A DNA stretch of 64,000 bases from Acidimicrobiia bacterium (GTDB taxonomy: Bacteria > Actinomycetota > Acidimicrobiia > Acidimicrobiales > SKKL01). Shown one piece after another: positions 48,279-58,529 of the stretch (position 1 is the first letter of the stretch; each line of letters opens with the position of its first letter). A model generated the notes under the pieces. The model was not told the origin of the DNA. It was given only the letters and a program-made list of their open reading frames with translations, and did no database searches. The stretch spans positions 191,993 to 255,992 of the forward strand of contig JBAYRL010000002.1 of assembly GCA_041676705.1 (NCBI GenBank), read 5' to 3'. The translations under genes and the position numbers were made by a program.

Positions 48279-51200
48279 CTACATTCTGTGCGTTACGGCC
48301 AGCGCTCTGCGAACCAAACCGCGATATCCCTCCACAAAACCGGCTTCTAAGAAGCTGTCTCTCAGTGGATGTTCCCCCGCTGGCACACCATCGATTTTGG
48401 CGATTTCCAGTTTTCTGAAACGCCCCTTGTCGACTAGTTCACCTAGGGCTTCGATCCACTGCCCATCAGCTTCATCATCAAAAACCAAAATGGAGCGGCC
48501 ACCTCGTTCTAAGTAGGCCACTGGCCGACCATCTGTGAGAACAACGAACGCGCCCGCACTGCGCGAAGGTCGACCGGCGGAGCCAGGCCAGCTGAGTGAA
48601 GCACCATAAGGCGAAGCCGGGTCGGTGGCGGCCAGTACCAGCACCCCCGTGGCAGCATCACGCATGTCACGCAACCGCTCGACCGCGCCGGGCAGCGCAA
48701 ACTGTGCCGCGCCCAATCCGGCGACGAAGTAGCCACGTCGAATACGTCCACGCTCTTCGAGTTCTTTCAACACCGGATACAAACCAGCAAAACCGCCACT
48801 TTGGCCTTCCCCCAACGCAGCTTCTCGCGACAGAACCCCATAACGTTCTAGCAATGCCGAGGCCCGCGCCAAGCCCGCTTCGGCGGCTGAAGTAGGTTCC
48901 ATTAACAGTGGCGCCACAAGCGACCAGCGCCCAGACGCTCCGGGGGGCCCTAGCCGAGCTAAATGGCCAGCACGTAGTCCACGCCGGCGGGTGCTGGCGG
49001 AGGCTGGCTTGGCGGGACGAGTTCCCAACGCTCGAAGCGGAGCGAACGAGTCGTTGGTAATAGAACCATTCCAGACCAAATCCCACAGGGCACTAAGCAC
49101 AACCTGGTCATCGTAGGGCAACCCGGCCGCAGCCACCGCGGCCACCAGTTCAGGCCAAAATGAGGCACCGGAGCGTTCGAGACACTCGACAATGGCCTGG
49201 TGGGTCGCACCAAAATCGTGTGAGCCGGACTGATCTAACAACCAAGCGGTGGCGACACGAGATTCCAATCGGTTCCCCGTGTCATCGTGGTGAGCCTTAC
49301 CGGCACCGTCGCTGTCTGGATCAGCGATTGTTGGCCAGTCGAAGAGAAGGCGGGCTTGATCACGAAACGCTACGCGGATTCGCCCGTCAGTTGCGCCTAA
49401 AGCACCAGCACCAACCCAGAGCAACTCGCCGCTCATAAACAGAAAATCGAGGTCGCTTGGTTGATAGTTGTCGAGTCGACTCGCCAAGACATCGTTTTCA
49501 AAGCTTGACACCGGGATTGAGGCGCCTTGCAGCATTGAGAGCACCTCAACCAGGCCATCCATTCCGCTAAAGCCACGGCCTACGCCCTGCCAATCCGGCA
49601 AAAAGCGTCCTAGTGCCCGAGCATCGACGGGCTCTACTTCGTTGCGGAGCCGAGCTAGGGAACGACGACGAATTTGGCGTAGAGCATTCGGATCGCACCA
49701 TTCACGTTCGAAACCTTGGGGTCGAAATTCGCCTCTAAGCAGCGTGCCATTAGCTTCCATTCTTTCCAAAAACGGCTGCACCACCCCCGGTGCCAACCCG
49801 AAACGTGAAGCTACCTCGGTGGTGAGAAAAGGTCCGTGAGTTTGCGCATAGCGACCAAGTAATCCACTAAGTGGGTCGGGTACCGACTCGGTGAAAACGC
49901 TGGGTAACCCGATGGGCACACTCACCCCGAAGCTGTCGCGTAAACGGCCAGCATCTTGGGTTGAAGCCCACTCGGCAACACCACCGATATTCACCGGGTA
50001 GGCCCTTTTCTCACCCTCCAGTATCTGCAGCCATTTATCAACCATCGACTCGTCGGCTTCACAACGCTGACGAATCTCGACTGCGCTCAGAGGACCGAGT
50101 GCCACCAACACATCATGAAGCTCGTCAGCATCGCGAGCGACACGGCTAGCACTCCGGCGTTGCAGTAGGTCTTCGACCTCTAGGATCGCTTGTGGATCAA
50201 GAAGATCACGTAATTCCTCGGCCCCCAAGAGCTCACGCAACAAATCTTTATCGAGCGATAGGGCGGCTGCTCGGCGCTCTGCCAAAGGAGCGTCGAGCTC
50301 GTACATGAACTGGCCTATCCACCCGAACAAGAGTGACTGGGCAAAGGGCGAGGCCGTCGGCGTGTTAACGGCTACCACCCGAACCGAACGGTTCTGTAGA
50401 CCCCGCAGCACCTCGCGCAATGCTGGTAGGTCAAAGACATCGTTCAAGCATTCCCGGGTAGTTTCGAGAAGAATCGGGAATGTTGGATAAGCCGATGCCA
50501 CGTTCATTAGATCACTGGCACGCTGGCGTTGTTGCCACAGCGGTGTTCGGCGGTCGGGGCGGCGCTTGGGCAACAACAACGAACGTCCAGCACACTCACG
50601 AAATCGTGAGGCGAACAAAGCAGTTTTTGGCAGTTCGGCGGTGACTAGACGATCAATTTCGTCGGGGTCGATGAGCAATTCATCAAGCGGTAAGTCGTCG
50701 ATAGCTTCAGGTAGCCGAATTGCAATACCGTCATCGCTCCACATGAGGTCGATATTTACGCTCCAGCGTTCTTCCAATCTCGAACGCAACGCGATCGCCC
50801 AGGGAGCGTGAACTTGCGCCCCGAAAGGACTGAGCACGCAAACCCGCCAATCGCCGATCTCATCGCGGAAACGTTCGACCACGATGGTTTTGTCGTCGGG
50901 CACGGTACCCGTAGCTTCCGCCTGGTCTTTAAAATAGGCCAGCAGATTTGTGGCAGCCCGGTCGTCAAGCCCGTGGGTATCGCGTAGCTCTTCATGAGCC
51001 AGGGCCGGTGTCATTGCACGAAGCCGTCTGGTGGTCGCGCCTACGGCCATACCCAGTTCTAAGGGACGCCCTGGCGAATCGCCATGCCAAAACGGCATCC
51101 TGCCCACACGGCCAGGCGCTGGCGTCACCACAACTCGTTCGTGGGTGATCTCTTCGATGCGCCAGGTGGTAGCCCCTAACAAGAAAGTTTCCCCAACCCG

Positions 51201-52826
51201 TGTTTCGTACACCATTTCTTCATCGAGTTCCCCCACCCGGGTGCCATCGGGCAGAAACACTCCGAAGAGCCCCCGGTCGGGGATGGTGCCGGGGTTAGTA
51301 ACCGCCAGTCGCTGCGCCCCTTTGCGACCTCTGATGGTGCCCTCAACACGGTCCCAAACAATTCGTGGCGAAAGATCAGAGAACTCGTCGGAGGGATAAC
51401 GACCCGATAGAAGATCGAGCGTGGCATCGAGAATATCGTCACTCAAATCGGCATAAGGTGCGGCACGTCGAATTACCCGGGCCAAATCGGCCGTGGTCCA
51501 ATCGTCGAGGGCCGCCATGGCAACAATCTGCTGCGCCAAGACGTCGAGAGGATTACGAGGGTAGGTAGTCGCTTCTACCAATCCTTCTTTCATCCTGGCT
51601 ACCACCACCGCAGCTTCTAAGAGGTCGCCGCGGTGTTTCGGGAAAATACGCCCCCGACTCGCTTCCCCGACCTGGTGCCCGGCTCGACCAACGCGCTGTA
51701 AACCTCGCGCTACCGAACCGGGCGACTCAACCTGGATCACAAGATCAACCGCACCCATATCGATGCCCAGCTCGAGAGAGCTGGTAGCGACCAAAGCCTT
51801 CAGCTCGCCGCGCTTTAGTTCATCTTCAATGATTAGCCGGCGTTCTTTCGATAAAGACCCATGATGAGCTTTGGCTATTTCATGGCCCGGCATGGGCGCA
51901 CTGCCATCAGTTTCGCCACCACGGTTCAAACCTTGGGTGGATAGTTCGTTCAAACGCGTCGCCAGTCGCTCGGCAGCACGACGCGCATTCACAAAGATGA
52001 GGGTTGAGTGGTGCTCGTTCACCAAGTCGAGCACCGGAGGATGGATGGCGGGCCAAATAGATCGACCGTCGGTATCGGGTTCGGCCATGTCGTCCACTGG
52101 TACTACTACCGAAACATCAAGCGTTTTGGTCGATCCCGCGTCAACAACGGTCACGGGTCGCCACTGTCCATCGTTGTTCTTTCCACCTAAGAAACGAGCG
52201 ATCTCGTCGAGCGGTCGTTGGGTGGCTGAAAGCCCGATTCGCTGTGGTGGTTGGGCGGCAACTTCTTCCAGCCGCTCTAAGGTGAGCGCCAAGTGGGTGC
52301 CGCGTTTGGTGGGTGCCATGGCGTGGATCTCATCGATAATCACGGTTTCAACCCCGGCCAAGGTTTCACGGGCGGCCGAGGTCAACATGAGGTACAGCGA
52401 TTCGGGGGTAGTGATCAAAATGTCGGGCGGGACTCGTACCAGTTGACGACGGATGTTGGCTGGCGTGTCGCCGGTACGTACCCCCACCGTTGGTACATAG
52501 CCCGAAATGCCAAGACGCTCGGCCGCAAGGTTGATACCCACCAGTGGTGACGCCAGATTTCGCTCGATATCAACTGCTAAGGCCCGAAGCGGCGAGATGT
52601 AAACGATTCGGGTTTGTTTAGCCGAAGTCGCTGGAGGGTTGACGACCATCTGGTTGATACCCCATAGGAAAGCCGCCAAGGTTTTCCCGGAACCGGTAGG
52701 TGCCAAGATCAGGGTATGTTCACCGCGCGAGATTGAAGCCCAACCCTGGCTTTGGGCCTGGGTCGGCTGACTAAAGCTAGTTTCAAACCAGCTTGATACC
52801 GCTGGTGCGAATGAAGGTAATGGCAC
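48279..52826 (-). CDS. lhr: Lhr-family DEAD/DEAH ATP-dependent helicase, long form with C-terminal winged-helix/glycosylase-like region
   Basis: APTGSGKT, TTPESL, IDEIH, GLSATQ, LELGIDMG, QRVGRAGH; C-terminal RYGVLSRE, GRIRRGYFV.GLGAAQFA. Confidence 0.93.
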   Translation of the reverse strand: MPLPSFAPAVSSWFETSFSQPTQAQSQGWASISRGEHTLILAPTGSGKTLAAFLWGINQMVVNPPATSAKQTRIVYISPLRALAVDIERNLASPLVGINLAAERLGISGYVPTVGVRTGDTPANIRRQLVRVPPDILITTPESLYLMLTSAARETLAGVETVIIDEIHAMAPTKRGTHLALTLERLEEVAAQPPQRIGLSATQRPLDEIARFLGGKNNDGQWRPVTVVDAGSTKTLDVSVVVPVDDMAEPDTDGRSIWPAIHPPVLDLVNEHHSTLIFVNARRAAERLATRLNELSTQGLNRGGETDGSAPMPGHEIAKAHHGSLSKERRLIIEDELKRGELKALVATSSLELGIDMGAVDLVIQVESPGSVARGLQRVGRAGHQVGEASRGRIFPKHRGDLLEAAVVVARMKEGLVEATTYPRNPLDVLAQQIVAMAALDDWTTADLARVIRRAAPYADLSDDILDATLDLLSGRYPSDEFSDLSPRIVWDRVEGTIRGRKGAQRLAVTNPGTIPDRGLFGVFLPDGTRVGELDEEMVYETRVGETFLLGATTWRIEEITHERVVVTPAPGRVGRMPFWHGDSPGRPLELGMAVGATTRRLRAMTPALAHEELRDTHGLDDRAATNLLAYFKDQAEATGTVPDDKTIVVERFRDEIGDWRVCVLSPFGAQVHAPWAIALRSRLEERWSVNIDLMWSDDGIAIRLPEAIDDLPLDELLIDPDEIDRLVTAELPKTALFASRFRECAGRSLLLPKRRPDRRTPLWQQRQRASDLMNVASAYPTFPILLETTRECLNDVFDLPALREVLRGLQNRSVRVVAVNTPTASPFAQSLLFGWIGQFMYELDAPLAERRAAALSLDKDLLRELLGAEELRDLLDPQAILEVEDLLQRRSASRVARDADELHDVLVALGPLSAVEIRQRCEADESMVDKWLQILEGEKRAYPVNIGGVAEWASTQDAGRLRDSFGVSVPIGLPSVFTESVPDPLSGLLGRYAQTHGPFLTTEVASRFGLAPGVVQPFLERMEANGTLLRGEFRPQGFEREWCDPNALRQIRRRSLARLRNEVEPVDARALGRFLPDWQGVGRGFSGMDGLVEVLSMLQGASIPVSSFENDVLASRLDNYQPSDLDFLFMSGELLWVGAGALGATDGRIRVAFRDQARLLFDWPTIADPDSDGAGKAHHDDTGNRLESRVATAWLLDQSGSHDFGATHQAIVECLERSGASFWPELVAAVAAAGLPYDDQVVLSALWDLVWNGSITNDSFAPLRALGTRPAKPASASTRRRGLRAGHLARLGPPGASGRWSLVAPLLMEPTSAAEAGLARASALLERYGVLSREAALGEGQSGGFAGLYPVLKELEERGRIRRGYFVAGLGAAQFALPGAVERLRDMRDAATGVLVLAATDPASPYGASLSWPGSAGRPSRSAGAFVVLTDGRPVAYLERGGRSILVFDDEADGQWIEALGELVDKGRFRKLEIAKIDGVPAGEHPLRDSFLEAGFVEGYRGLVRRALAVTHRM

Positions 52827-52848
52827 GCTTATACGCTAGCTAGACACT

Positions 52849-53682
52849 GTGACATCTATGGTCGTACCTATGGGTCAAGTGGAATTGTTGGTAACCGACC
52901 TCGACGGCACCTTGTGGGAGCTAGCGCACCAGATACACCCGCAAGTGTTGTCAGCCTGGGCAGAAATTGAGCGCCGTGGGTACCCCATTCTAGTAGCCAC
53001 AGGCAGGCGTCTTGCTTCTGCGCGAACACCCCTCGTAGCCCATGGCCTTACCCCACCAGCAGTGTTGTTAAACGGGGCATTAGCGGTTGATTTAGCCACA
53101 AATCGTCATGTTTACCAACGGGGCTTCAGCAACGAAGAAGCAGCTTTAGTGCTCAAAGTTTTCTTGAACGTTGGCATCGAGCCAATCGTTTACGTAGCCG
53201 ACACAAAATACGATGTCTTCGCGGGCCAAAACCCTTCTACACATCCCGAACATTTGGAACAGTTTGGTTCGGGGTTGGCCCGTGCCCCACTTGACCAAGT
53301 GGTCAAAGAATACCCGGTGTTGCATTTCGCGGTGGTCAGTTTGCCTACACCGATAGCACAAAAGGTGGTCGCGGCTCTGAACGATTTTGGTGCAGCTCAT
53401 CTGATGGCCGAACGTGGCTATAGCGGCGGTTCAACCATCACTGTGGCACCTAGGAACCATTCGAAATGGGATGGCGTATTGGCCATATGTGAAGAACTCG
53501 GGGTTGACCCGAATCGGGTAATGGCCATTGGCGATGGCCCGAACGACCTGGAACTGCTCGAAGCGGCCGCCGTAGCTGTTACGCCAGCCGATGCCGACCC
53601 ATTGGCCCTAGCTATGGCTCATCATGTGGTCCCAACCGCCGCTCGGGGCGGCTGGGCGCAGCTACTCGACCTCTTGCCTTAA
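52849..53682 (+). CDS. Cof-type HAD hydrolase
   Basis: VTDLDGTL, ATGR, SKWDG, AIGDGPND. Confidence 0.9.
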   Translation: MTSMVVPMGQVELLVTDLDGTLWELAHQIHPQVLSAWAEIERRGYPILVATGRRLASARTPLVAHGLTPPAVLLNGALAVDLATNRHVYQRGFSNEEAALVLKVFLNVGIEPIVYVADTKYDVFAGQNPSTHPEHLEQFGSGLARAPLDQVVKEYPVLHFAVVSLPTPIAQKVVAALNDFGAAHLMAERGYSGGSTITVAPRNHSKWDGVLAICEELGVDPNRVMAIGDGPNDLELLEAAAVAVTPADADPLALAMAHHVVPTAARGGWAQLLDLLP

Positions 53683-53712
53683 TACGCTTCCGGCACCAGC
53701 CGCCTTGGTGGA

Positions 53713-55857
53713 TTAGCCCGGCTGCAAGAAGTTGGGCAGTTGACCCGAGTGCACAATCGCTAGGCGTTTAGTGGCGCGAGTTAAAGCCACATACAGGGCC
53801 CGCAAACCCTGGGCTTCATCTTGTATCACCATGGTTGGTTCCACCACTACAGTGGCGTCAAGCTCCAAACCCTTCACAATTCCAATTGGCACAATGGTTA
53901 TTTGAGATTCAAGGCCATGTTTACCAGCTCGGCCGTGTTCCACCCCCGCCTCACTAAAGACGCCGGAAATTTCGTCTTGCAGTTGGGCAGGCACAATTAC
54001 CGCCACGTTGCCTTGGCCTACTTCGGTTACTTCTTCAAGCGTGATTTTTAACACCGTATCGGCCAAGGCTGACCGTTCTTCGGCGTTGATAATTCGTGGT
54101 GGGTCACCCTCGGTTCGTATGGAAATTGGCGGTGTGATGACTGGTGCCGCCACCTGCAAAACTTTGGCCGCGAGTTGCATGTTGGGCGCTGGAATTCGGT
54201 AACCGACGGTCAATTCTTTGCGCCGGGGCGTGCGCTTGAGTGGCAGCTGTTCAATTATTTCTTCCCAATCGTCGTGAGCCCACGCCCCAGTGGATTGTGC
54301 GATGTCGCCCACGATGGTCATGGAACCATTCAAGGAACGGCGTCCAATCATACGCAGCGCCATGGGAGAGAGGTCTTGAGCCTCATCCACAATGATGTGC
54401 CCGTAGGTGCGAACCTCGATCGGTTCTTGGCGATTTCGGGGTCCGAGCAATTCGGAAGCCTCGTCCAAGAGCGGCACATCATCGGTGGTCCAAACCACGT
54501 CGTTAACCGAAGCGCTCCAAGGACGGTAGAAAGCTTGCCATTCATAGTCGGCAAAGCTTTCCGGTAGCCGTTTACCGAGTCTTGAAACCGCACGTTTACG
54601 GACGTCTTTTGGTAAACGACTCTGCGATGCGTTTTTTAGCAAAGCCATAGAGCCAAAAAGATCATGCAAAAGCTGCGCTGGGGAAAGTTTGGGCCACATC
54701 CATTCCAGGGCCTCGCGAACTGCCGGATGTCGGCGCAGCCGATCGCGCACAACCGTTGCTTCAGCGGGGGTACGCGAACTTGCTGCTAAAGCCTCGAAAA
54801 AGGCTGTCTCGACATAGCGTCGAGCGGGGTTATGAAGCCGGTACCGACGTCGAGCTTCGCGCACAATTCTTTGTGATTCATCGACGCTTAGGCTTAATTT
54901 GGTCACCCCATAGCCAACGCTTAGTGGCTCGCGTAGTGGCCGTTGGCGGTCGCGTATGGCCCGCGCGATCAAGCCAGTGGCACGCAAATCTCCCTTAACT
55001 CGGGCGACCATGCCCCAATCTGAACCTTGGACCCGCACGTTTTGCACCAGGTCGGCCAAGACCGAAAGCTCAACTCCGGCCTCACCGAGGGAAGGTAAAA
55101 CCTGTTCGATATAGCCCAAGAAAAGCCGGTTAGGACCAATTACCAACACACCTTGGCCTTCCAACGGAAAGCGATGTTCATACAACAAATAGGCCGCGCG
55201 GTGCAGTGCCACCACTGTCTTACCGGTACCTGGGCCGCCTTGCACCACCAGAATTCCGGGCAATTCAGATCGAATAATTTCGTCTTGCTCGCCTTGAATG
55301 GTGCCCACAATGTCGCCCAGGTGCCCTGAACGCGACGATTCAAGAGCAGTAATTAGGGCGCCATAGCCAGTGATACCCAGGCTTTCGCCACGACCAGCCA
55401 ACACAGCTTCGGTGTTACCGAATAGCTCGTCTTCGATTCCCAGCAGCACCCGCCCTCGCGTGGCAAAATGGCGTCGACGCGACAACCCCAGGGGCGCTTT
55501 CGGGGTGGCACGATAAAACGCTTCAGCAATTGGGGCTCGCCAGTCAACTACCAAAGCTTCCCGATGAGGACCAGAAACAGCTACCCGTCCGATATAGAAT
55601 GAGTCGTCGCCCGAGTTCTGGTCGTGGTCGATTCGACCAAAAACCAGTGCCGCATCACCTACATCAAGCTGAGCTAGCCGGGTGGCGATGTTGCCGTGGA
55701 TTACTTCTCGTTCCCAGCGCGCTTGTTCGGTGCCACCTTTTCCCACCTCAACCATGTTTTTTAGCCGAATAGCCGAGGCTCGTGCCGCTTCGAGTGCATC
55801 ATAAGCTTTGTTTATATAGGCTTGTTCAGCTTGCAGTTCTGGGTGAGAAGGGGCCAT
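53713..55857 (-). CDS. helD: HelD-family RNA polymerase-associated helicase-like ATPase
   Basis: LVFGRID, YIGR, VDWRAPIA.AFY, IQGEQDEIIR, QGGPGTGKT, VDEAQD, VGDIAQ, KGLELD, LYVALTRAT. Confidence 0.85.
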   Translation of the reverse strand: MAPSHPELQAEQAYINKAYDALEAARASAIRLKNMVEVGKGGTEQARWEREVIHGNIATRLAQLDVGDAALVFGRIDHDQNSGDDSFYIGRVAVSGPHREALVVDWRAPIAEAFYRATPKAPLGLSRRRHFATRGRVLLGIEDELFGNTEAVLAGRGESLGITGYGALITALESSRSGHLGDIVGTIQGEQDEIIRSELPGILVVQGGPGTGKTVVALHRAAYLLYEHRFPLEGQGVLVIGPNRLFLGYIEQVLPSLGEAGVELSVLADLVQNVRVQGSDWGMVARVKGDLRATGLIARAIRDRQRPLREPLSVGYGVTKLSLSVDESQRIVREARRRYRLHNPARRYVETAFFEALAASSRTPAEATVVRDRLRRHPAVREALEWMWPKLSPAQLLHDLFGSMALLKNASQSRLPKDVRKRAVSRLGKRLPESFADYEWQAFYRPWSASVNDVVWTTDDVPLLDEASELLGPRNRQEPIEVRTYGHIIVDEAQDLSPMALRMIGRRSLNGSMTIVGDIAQSTGAWAHDDWEEIIEQLPLKRTPRRKELTVGYRIPAPNMQLAAKVLQVAAPVITPPISIRTEGDPPRIINAEERSALADTVLKITLEEVTEVGQGNVAVIVPAQLQDEISGVFSEAGVEHGRAGKHGLESQITIVPIGIVKGLELDATVVVEPTMVIQDEAQGLRALYVALTRATKRLAIVHSGQLPNFLQPG

Positions 55858-55995
55858 CGCGCTCTTTCACGAAATGCCGAAATGAGAGGGTTAACCATTC
55901 TACGTTCATTGCCGCACAAATCCCCCTAAGAACACTCACTTCCGCACCGATGTATCCTGTTAGACCTGATATCAAGTGCAGCCCCGTAGTGGGTC

Positions 55996-56709
55996 GTGAG
56001 CGATAGAGATGATCGCATGCCCCCAACACTCCTCAATCGCATCCATCTAAAGCAACACTCCCGTCGGGTTGTGATTGCGCTGGTTACCGCTGTTTTAACC
56101 GTGGCTTTGACGGCTTCTTGTAGCTCGGAACCCACCGCTCAAGCCGAGCCGCCAGAAGCGAACCCGATTCTGTTGGCAGAGCCCGCTCCACCCACCACTA
56201 CCACTACCGTTGCCGAGCCTGCGCTCCCACCTCTACCGGTACCGGAATTATTACCGCTTGAGCCCTACACCACGGATGAAATTCCAACGGTGGGACGCTT
56301 GTCGATTCCCGCGATTGGGCTCGACCAGCCTCTACAAGTAGGTATGACGTTGTCGGCGATCAACTTGGGGCCTAGCGTTTGGCCCGGTACCGCAGCACCA
56401 GGCCAGCTAGGAAACCTGGTAATCGCTGGTCATCGCACCACCTATTCCCGCCCATTCTTCGATCTTGATCTGGTTGAAGAAGGCACCGAAATGAACATTG
56501 AGACTGCTAACGGGGAAACTTTCACTTATGTAGCCACTGGCACCCAAATCGTCAATGAAGACGAGGTCTGGATAGCCGACCAAACCTATGGTTACACGGC
56601 GACTACCTTTGCTTGTCATCCAAAAGGTTCGTCTCGTCAACGTATCGTGGTGTTTTGGCAACTCCTAGACCAAGAAGGAAACCCGGTTCCGGCGCTGGAT
56701 GCTTCATAA
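55996..56709 (+). CDS. Class E-like sortase with lipoprotein-type signal
   Basis: GRLSIPAIGL, GNLVIAGHRTT (His), TTFACHP (Cys), RQRIVV (Arg); N-terminal SRRVVI..LTASC. Confidence 0.82.
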   Translation: MSDRDDRMPPTLLNRIHLKQHSRRVVIALVTAVLTVALTASCSSEPTAQAEPPEANPILLAEPAPPTTTTTVAEPALPPLPVPELLPLEPYTTDEIPTVGRLSIPAIGLDQPLQVGMTLSAINLGPSVWPGTAAPGQLGNLVIAGHRTTYSRPFFDLDLVEEGTEMNIETANGETFTYVATGTQIVNEDEVWIADQTYGYTATTFACHPKGSSRQRIVVFWQLLDQEGNPVPALDAS

Positions 56710-58192
56710 GTCAAAAACTCGACAACCCTTTAGCGTGGCCTTGGTTTGTATCTTGGCCGGGGCGGCCATTCTCAGTTCGCTACCGCCGTTTGGCTGGTGG
56801 CCGCTAGGCATTTTGGGTTTCGCTCTATTAGACGATCTGATTGCGAACACTCGGGCCCGGCAACGCTTCTTCCGCACCTGGCTGGTGGCCTTAACTTGGC
56901 TGAGCATGGGCATGATCTGGATGTGGGACATGACCGCACCGGGATACATGATCGCTGCTGTGCTCTATTCGGCCTATTTCGGAGTAGCCGCCATTTTCGT
57001 GCCCGGTGGCGCGGTGCGGCGCGTGGCTTTGCCAGGCGCTGTGGTCTTAGCCGAAGCGTTGCGGTGGTCGTGGCCCTTTGGGGGTGTGCCCTTGGCAACG
57101 GTGGCCCATGGCCAGGTGGGCGGACCGCTGGCTTCGGTGGTACGTCTAGGTGGCCCATTGGTGCTGGTGGCGATCACAGTAATTTGTGGTCAGGCGGTGG
57201 CATCGCTTGCACGTCGAGAACGTTTGGCGGCCTTCATCGGTTTCAGCATCGTTCTATTTACCCTCGGAATAGCCCAGTTGGTGCCAGGTACCAAAACCAT
57301 TGGGGCGTTGGAAGTGGCCATTGTGCAAGGCGGTGGACCCCAGCGCACCCGGGCTCAGGCCTCCGATGCTGAGGTGGTTTTCAACCGCCATCTGGAAGCT
57401 GCCGCCGCTATTGTCGACCCAGTCGATCTAATTGTGCTTCCCGAAAACGTTGTGCACGTGGACGACAATTTCCCTGAAACCCATGAAGCCGCCGCCTTGG
57501 GAGAACTAGCCCGTAAACACAACGCTCCGGTAATCGTGGGGGTCGTCGAGTCAACCTCTGGCCCAACTTGGAAGAACGCTGTTTTTGTTATTGATACTGC
57601 CGGTGAGGTGACCGACCGGTACGACAAAGTGCGGCGGGTACCATTCGGCGAGTTTGTGCCTCTGCGCACCATCATCGAAATGTTTTCGGGCGCGGTACCC
57701 GCTAAAGACGCTGCCATTGGGCAAACGCCAGCGTTAGTCACCGCAGCCGGGGTGCCTTTGGCTTCGCCTATTTCGTGGGAAGTGTTCTTTGCAGGACGAG
57801 CGCGTGAGGGGGTTCAGTTGGGGGCCGAAGCCATTGTGAATCCCACCAACGGGTCCTCCTACTGGTTGAGTTTCGTACAAAGCCAACAGATCGCTTCGTC
57901 TCGTTTGCGTGCTCTAGAAAATGACCGTTGGGTCATCCAGGCTGCTCCTACTGGGTTCTCAGCGTTGATCGCGCCGAATGGCCATGTGGTTGAGCGAAGC
58001 GCCATAAGTGAGCAAAAGGTGATTCAGGGATCGATCGAGCGGCGCGTGGGGCAAACCTGGGCCTCTCGGATGGGCGACCTGCCAGCAATTGCTGTGGCCA
58101 TGGCAGCAATATTGGTAGCCAACTTATTAAAAAACATGGATCAAAGCGGAGTTCGCAACTTGCTCATGGCCCGGCCGAAAACAGCGGCCTAG
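56699..58192 (+). CDS. lnt: Apolipoprotein N-acyltransferase
   Basis: Multi-TM; WPFGGVP; VQGG; VLPEN (Glu), YDKVRRVPFGE (Lys), PISWEVFF, TNGSSY. Confidence 0.9.
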   Translation: MLHKSKTRQPFSVALVCILAGAAILSSLPPFGWWPLGILGFALLDDLIANTRARQRFFRTWLVALTWLSMGMIWMWDMTAPGYMIAAVLYSAYFGVAAIFVPGGAVRRVALPGAVVLAEALRWSWPFGGVPLATVAHGQVGGPLASVVRLGGPLVLVAITVICGQAVASLARRERLAAFIGFSIVLFTLGIAQLVPGTKTIGALEVAIVQGGGPQRTRAQASDAEVVFNRHLEAAAAIVDPVDLIVLPENVVHVDDNFPETHEAAALGELARKHNAPVIVGVVESTSGPTWKNAVFVIDTAGEVTDRYDKVRRVPFGEFVPLRTIIEMFSGAVPAKDAAIGQTPALVTAAGVPLASPISWEVFFAGRAREGVQLGAEAIVNPTNGSSYWLSFVQSQQIASSRLRALENDRWVIQAAPTGFSALIAPNGHVVERSAISEQKVIQGSIERRVGQTWASRMGDLPAIAVAMAAILVANLLKNMDQSGVRNLLMARPKTAA

Positions 58193-58197
58193 CCGAA

Positions 58198-58454
58198 AGG
58201 CCACTATCGTAAAGGCCACAATCAGGCCACCAAAACTAGAATTGCTGGTGGTCACAGATATTGAGACCACCAGCAATTGTTAGGAACGGGAGTCCAATCC
58301 TTTCCTAAGACCTGGGGCCAACGCTTAATATCTTCCAACTAATAGCTTCCAACGCACTGGAATTTCGTTGCTTTGGCCCAGTGCCTATACAACGCTCCAA
58401 CTTCCCAGAAAGTCGCGTTTAAAGTCAGGAAATTTTGAAATGAGGCTTTCTGAC
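58198..58454. repeat. Structured intergenic region: three AGGCCAC direct repeats plus several hairpins
   Basis: AGGCCAC at 58198, 58213, 58224; perfect 14-bp IR AATTGCTGGTGGTC/GACCACCAGCAATT (58240-78); TAGGAA/TTCCTA; GCACTGG/CCAGTGC; GTCAG/CTGAC. Confidence 0.6.
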
Positions 58455-58529
58455 AAGTTCTCCACCGAGTGCCGGAGGCTTAGAACACTGACCAGACTCT
58501 CAGGCCGCACCGTAGTTTTAAACTGGCCG

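Noticed and set aside
55907-55925. Rifamycin-associated element (RAE) upstream of helD
   Set aside because: Only the TGCGGCAA core matches; the flanks are not palindromic, so a HelR/RAE call is not supported.
58320-58405. Recurring TTCCAAC words as a degenerate CRISPR array
   Set aside because: Too short and irregularly spaced, no 23-47-nt repeat unit, and no cas genes in the window.
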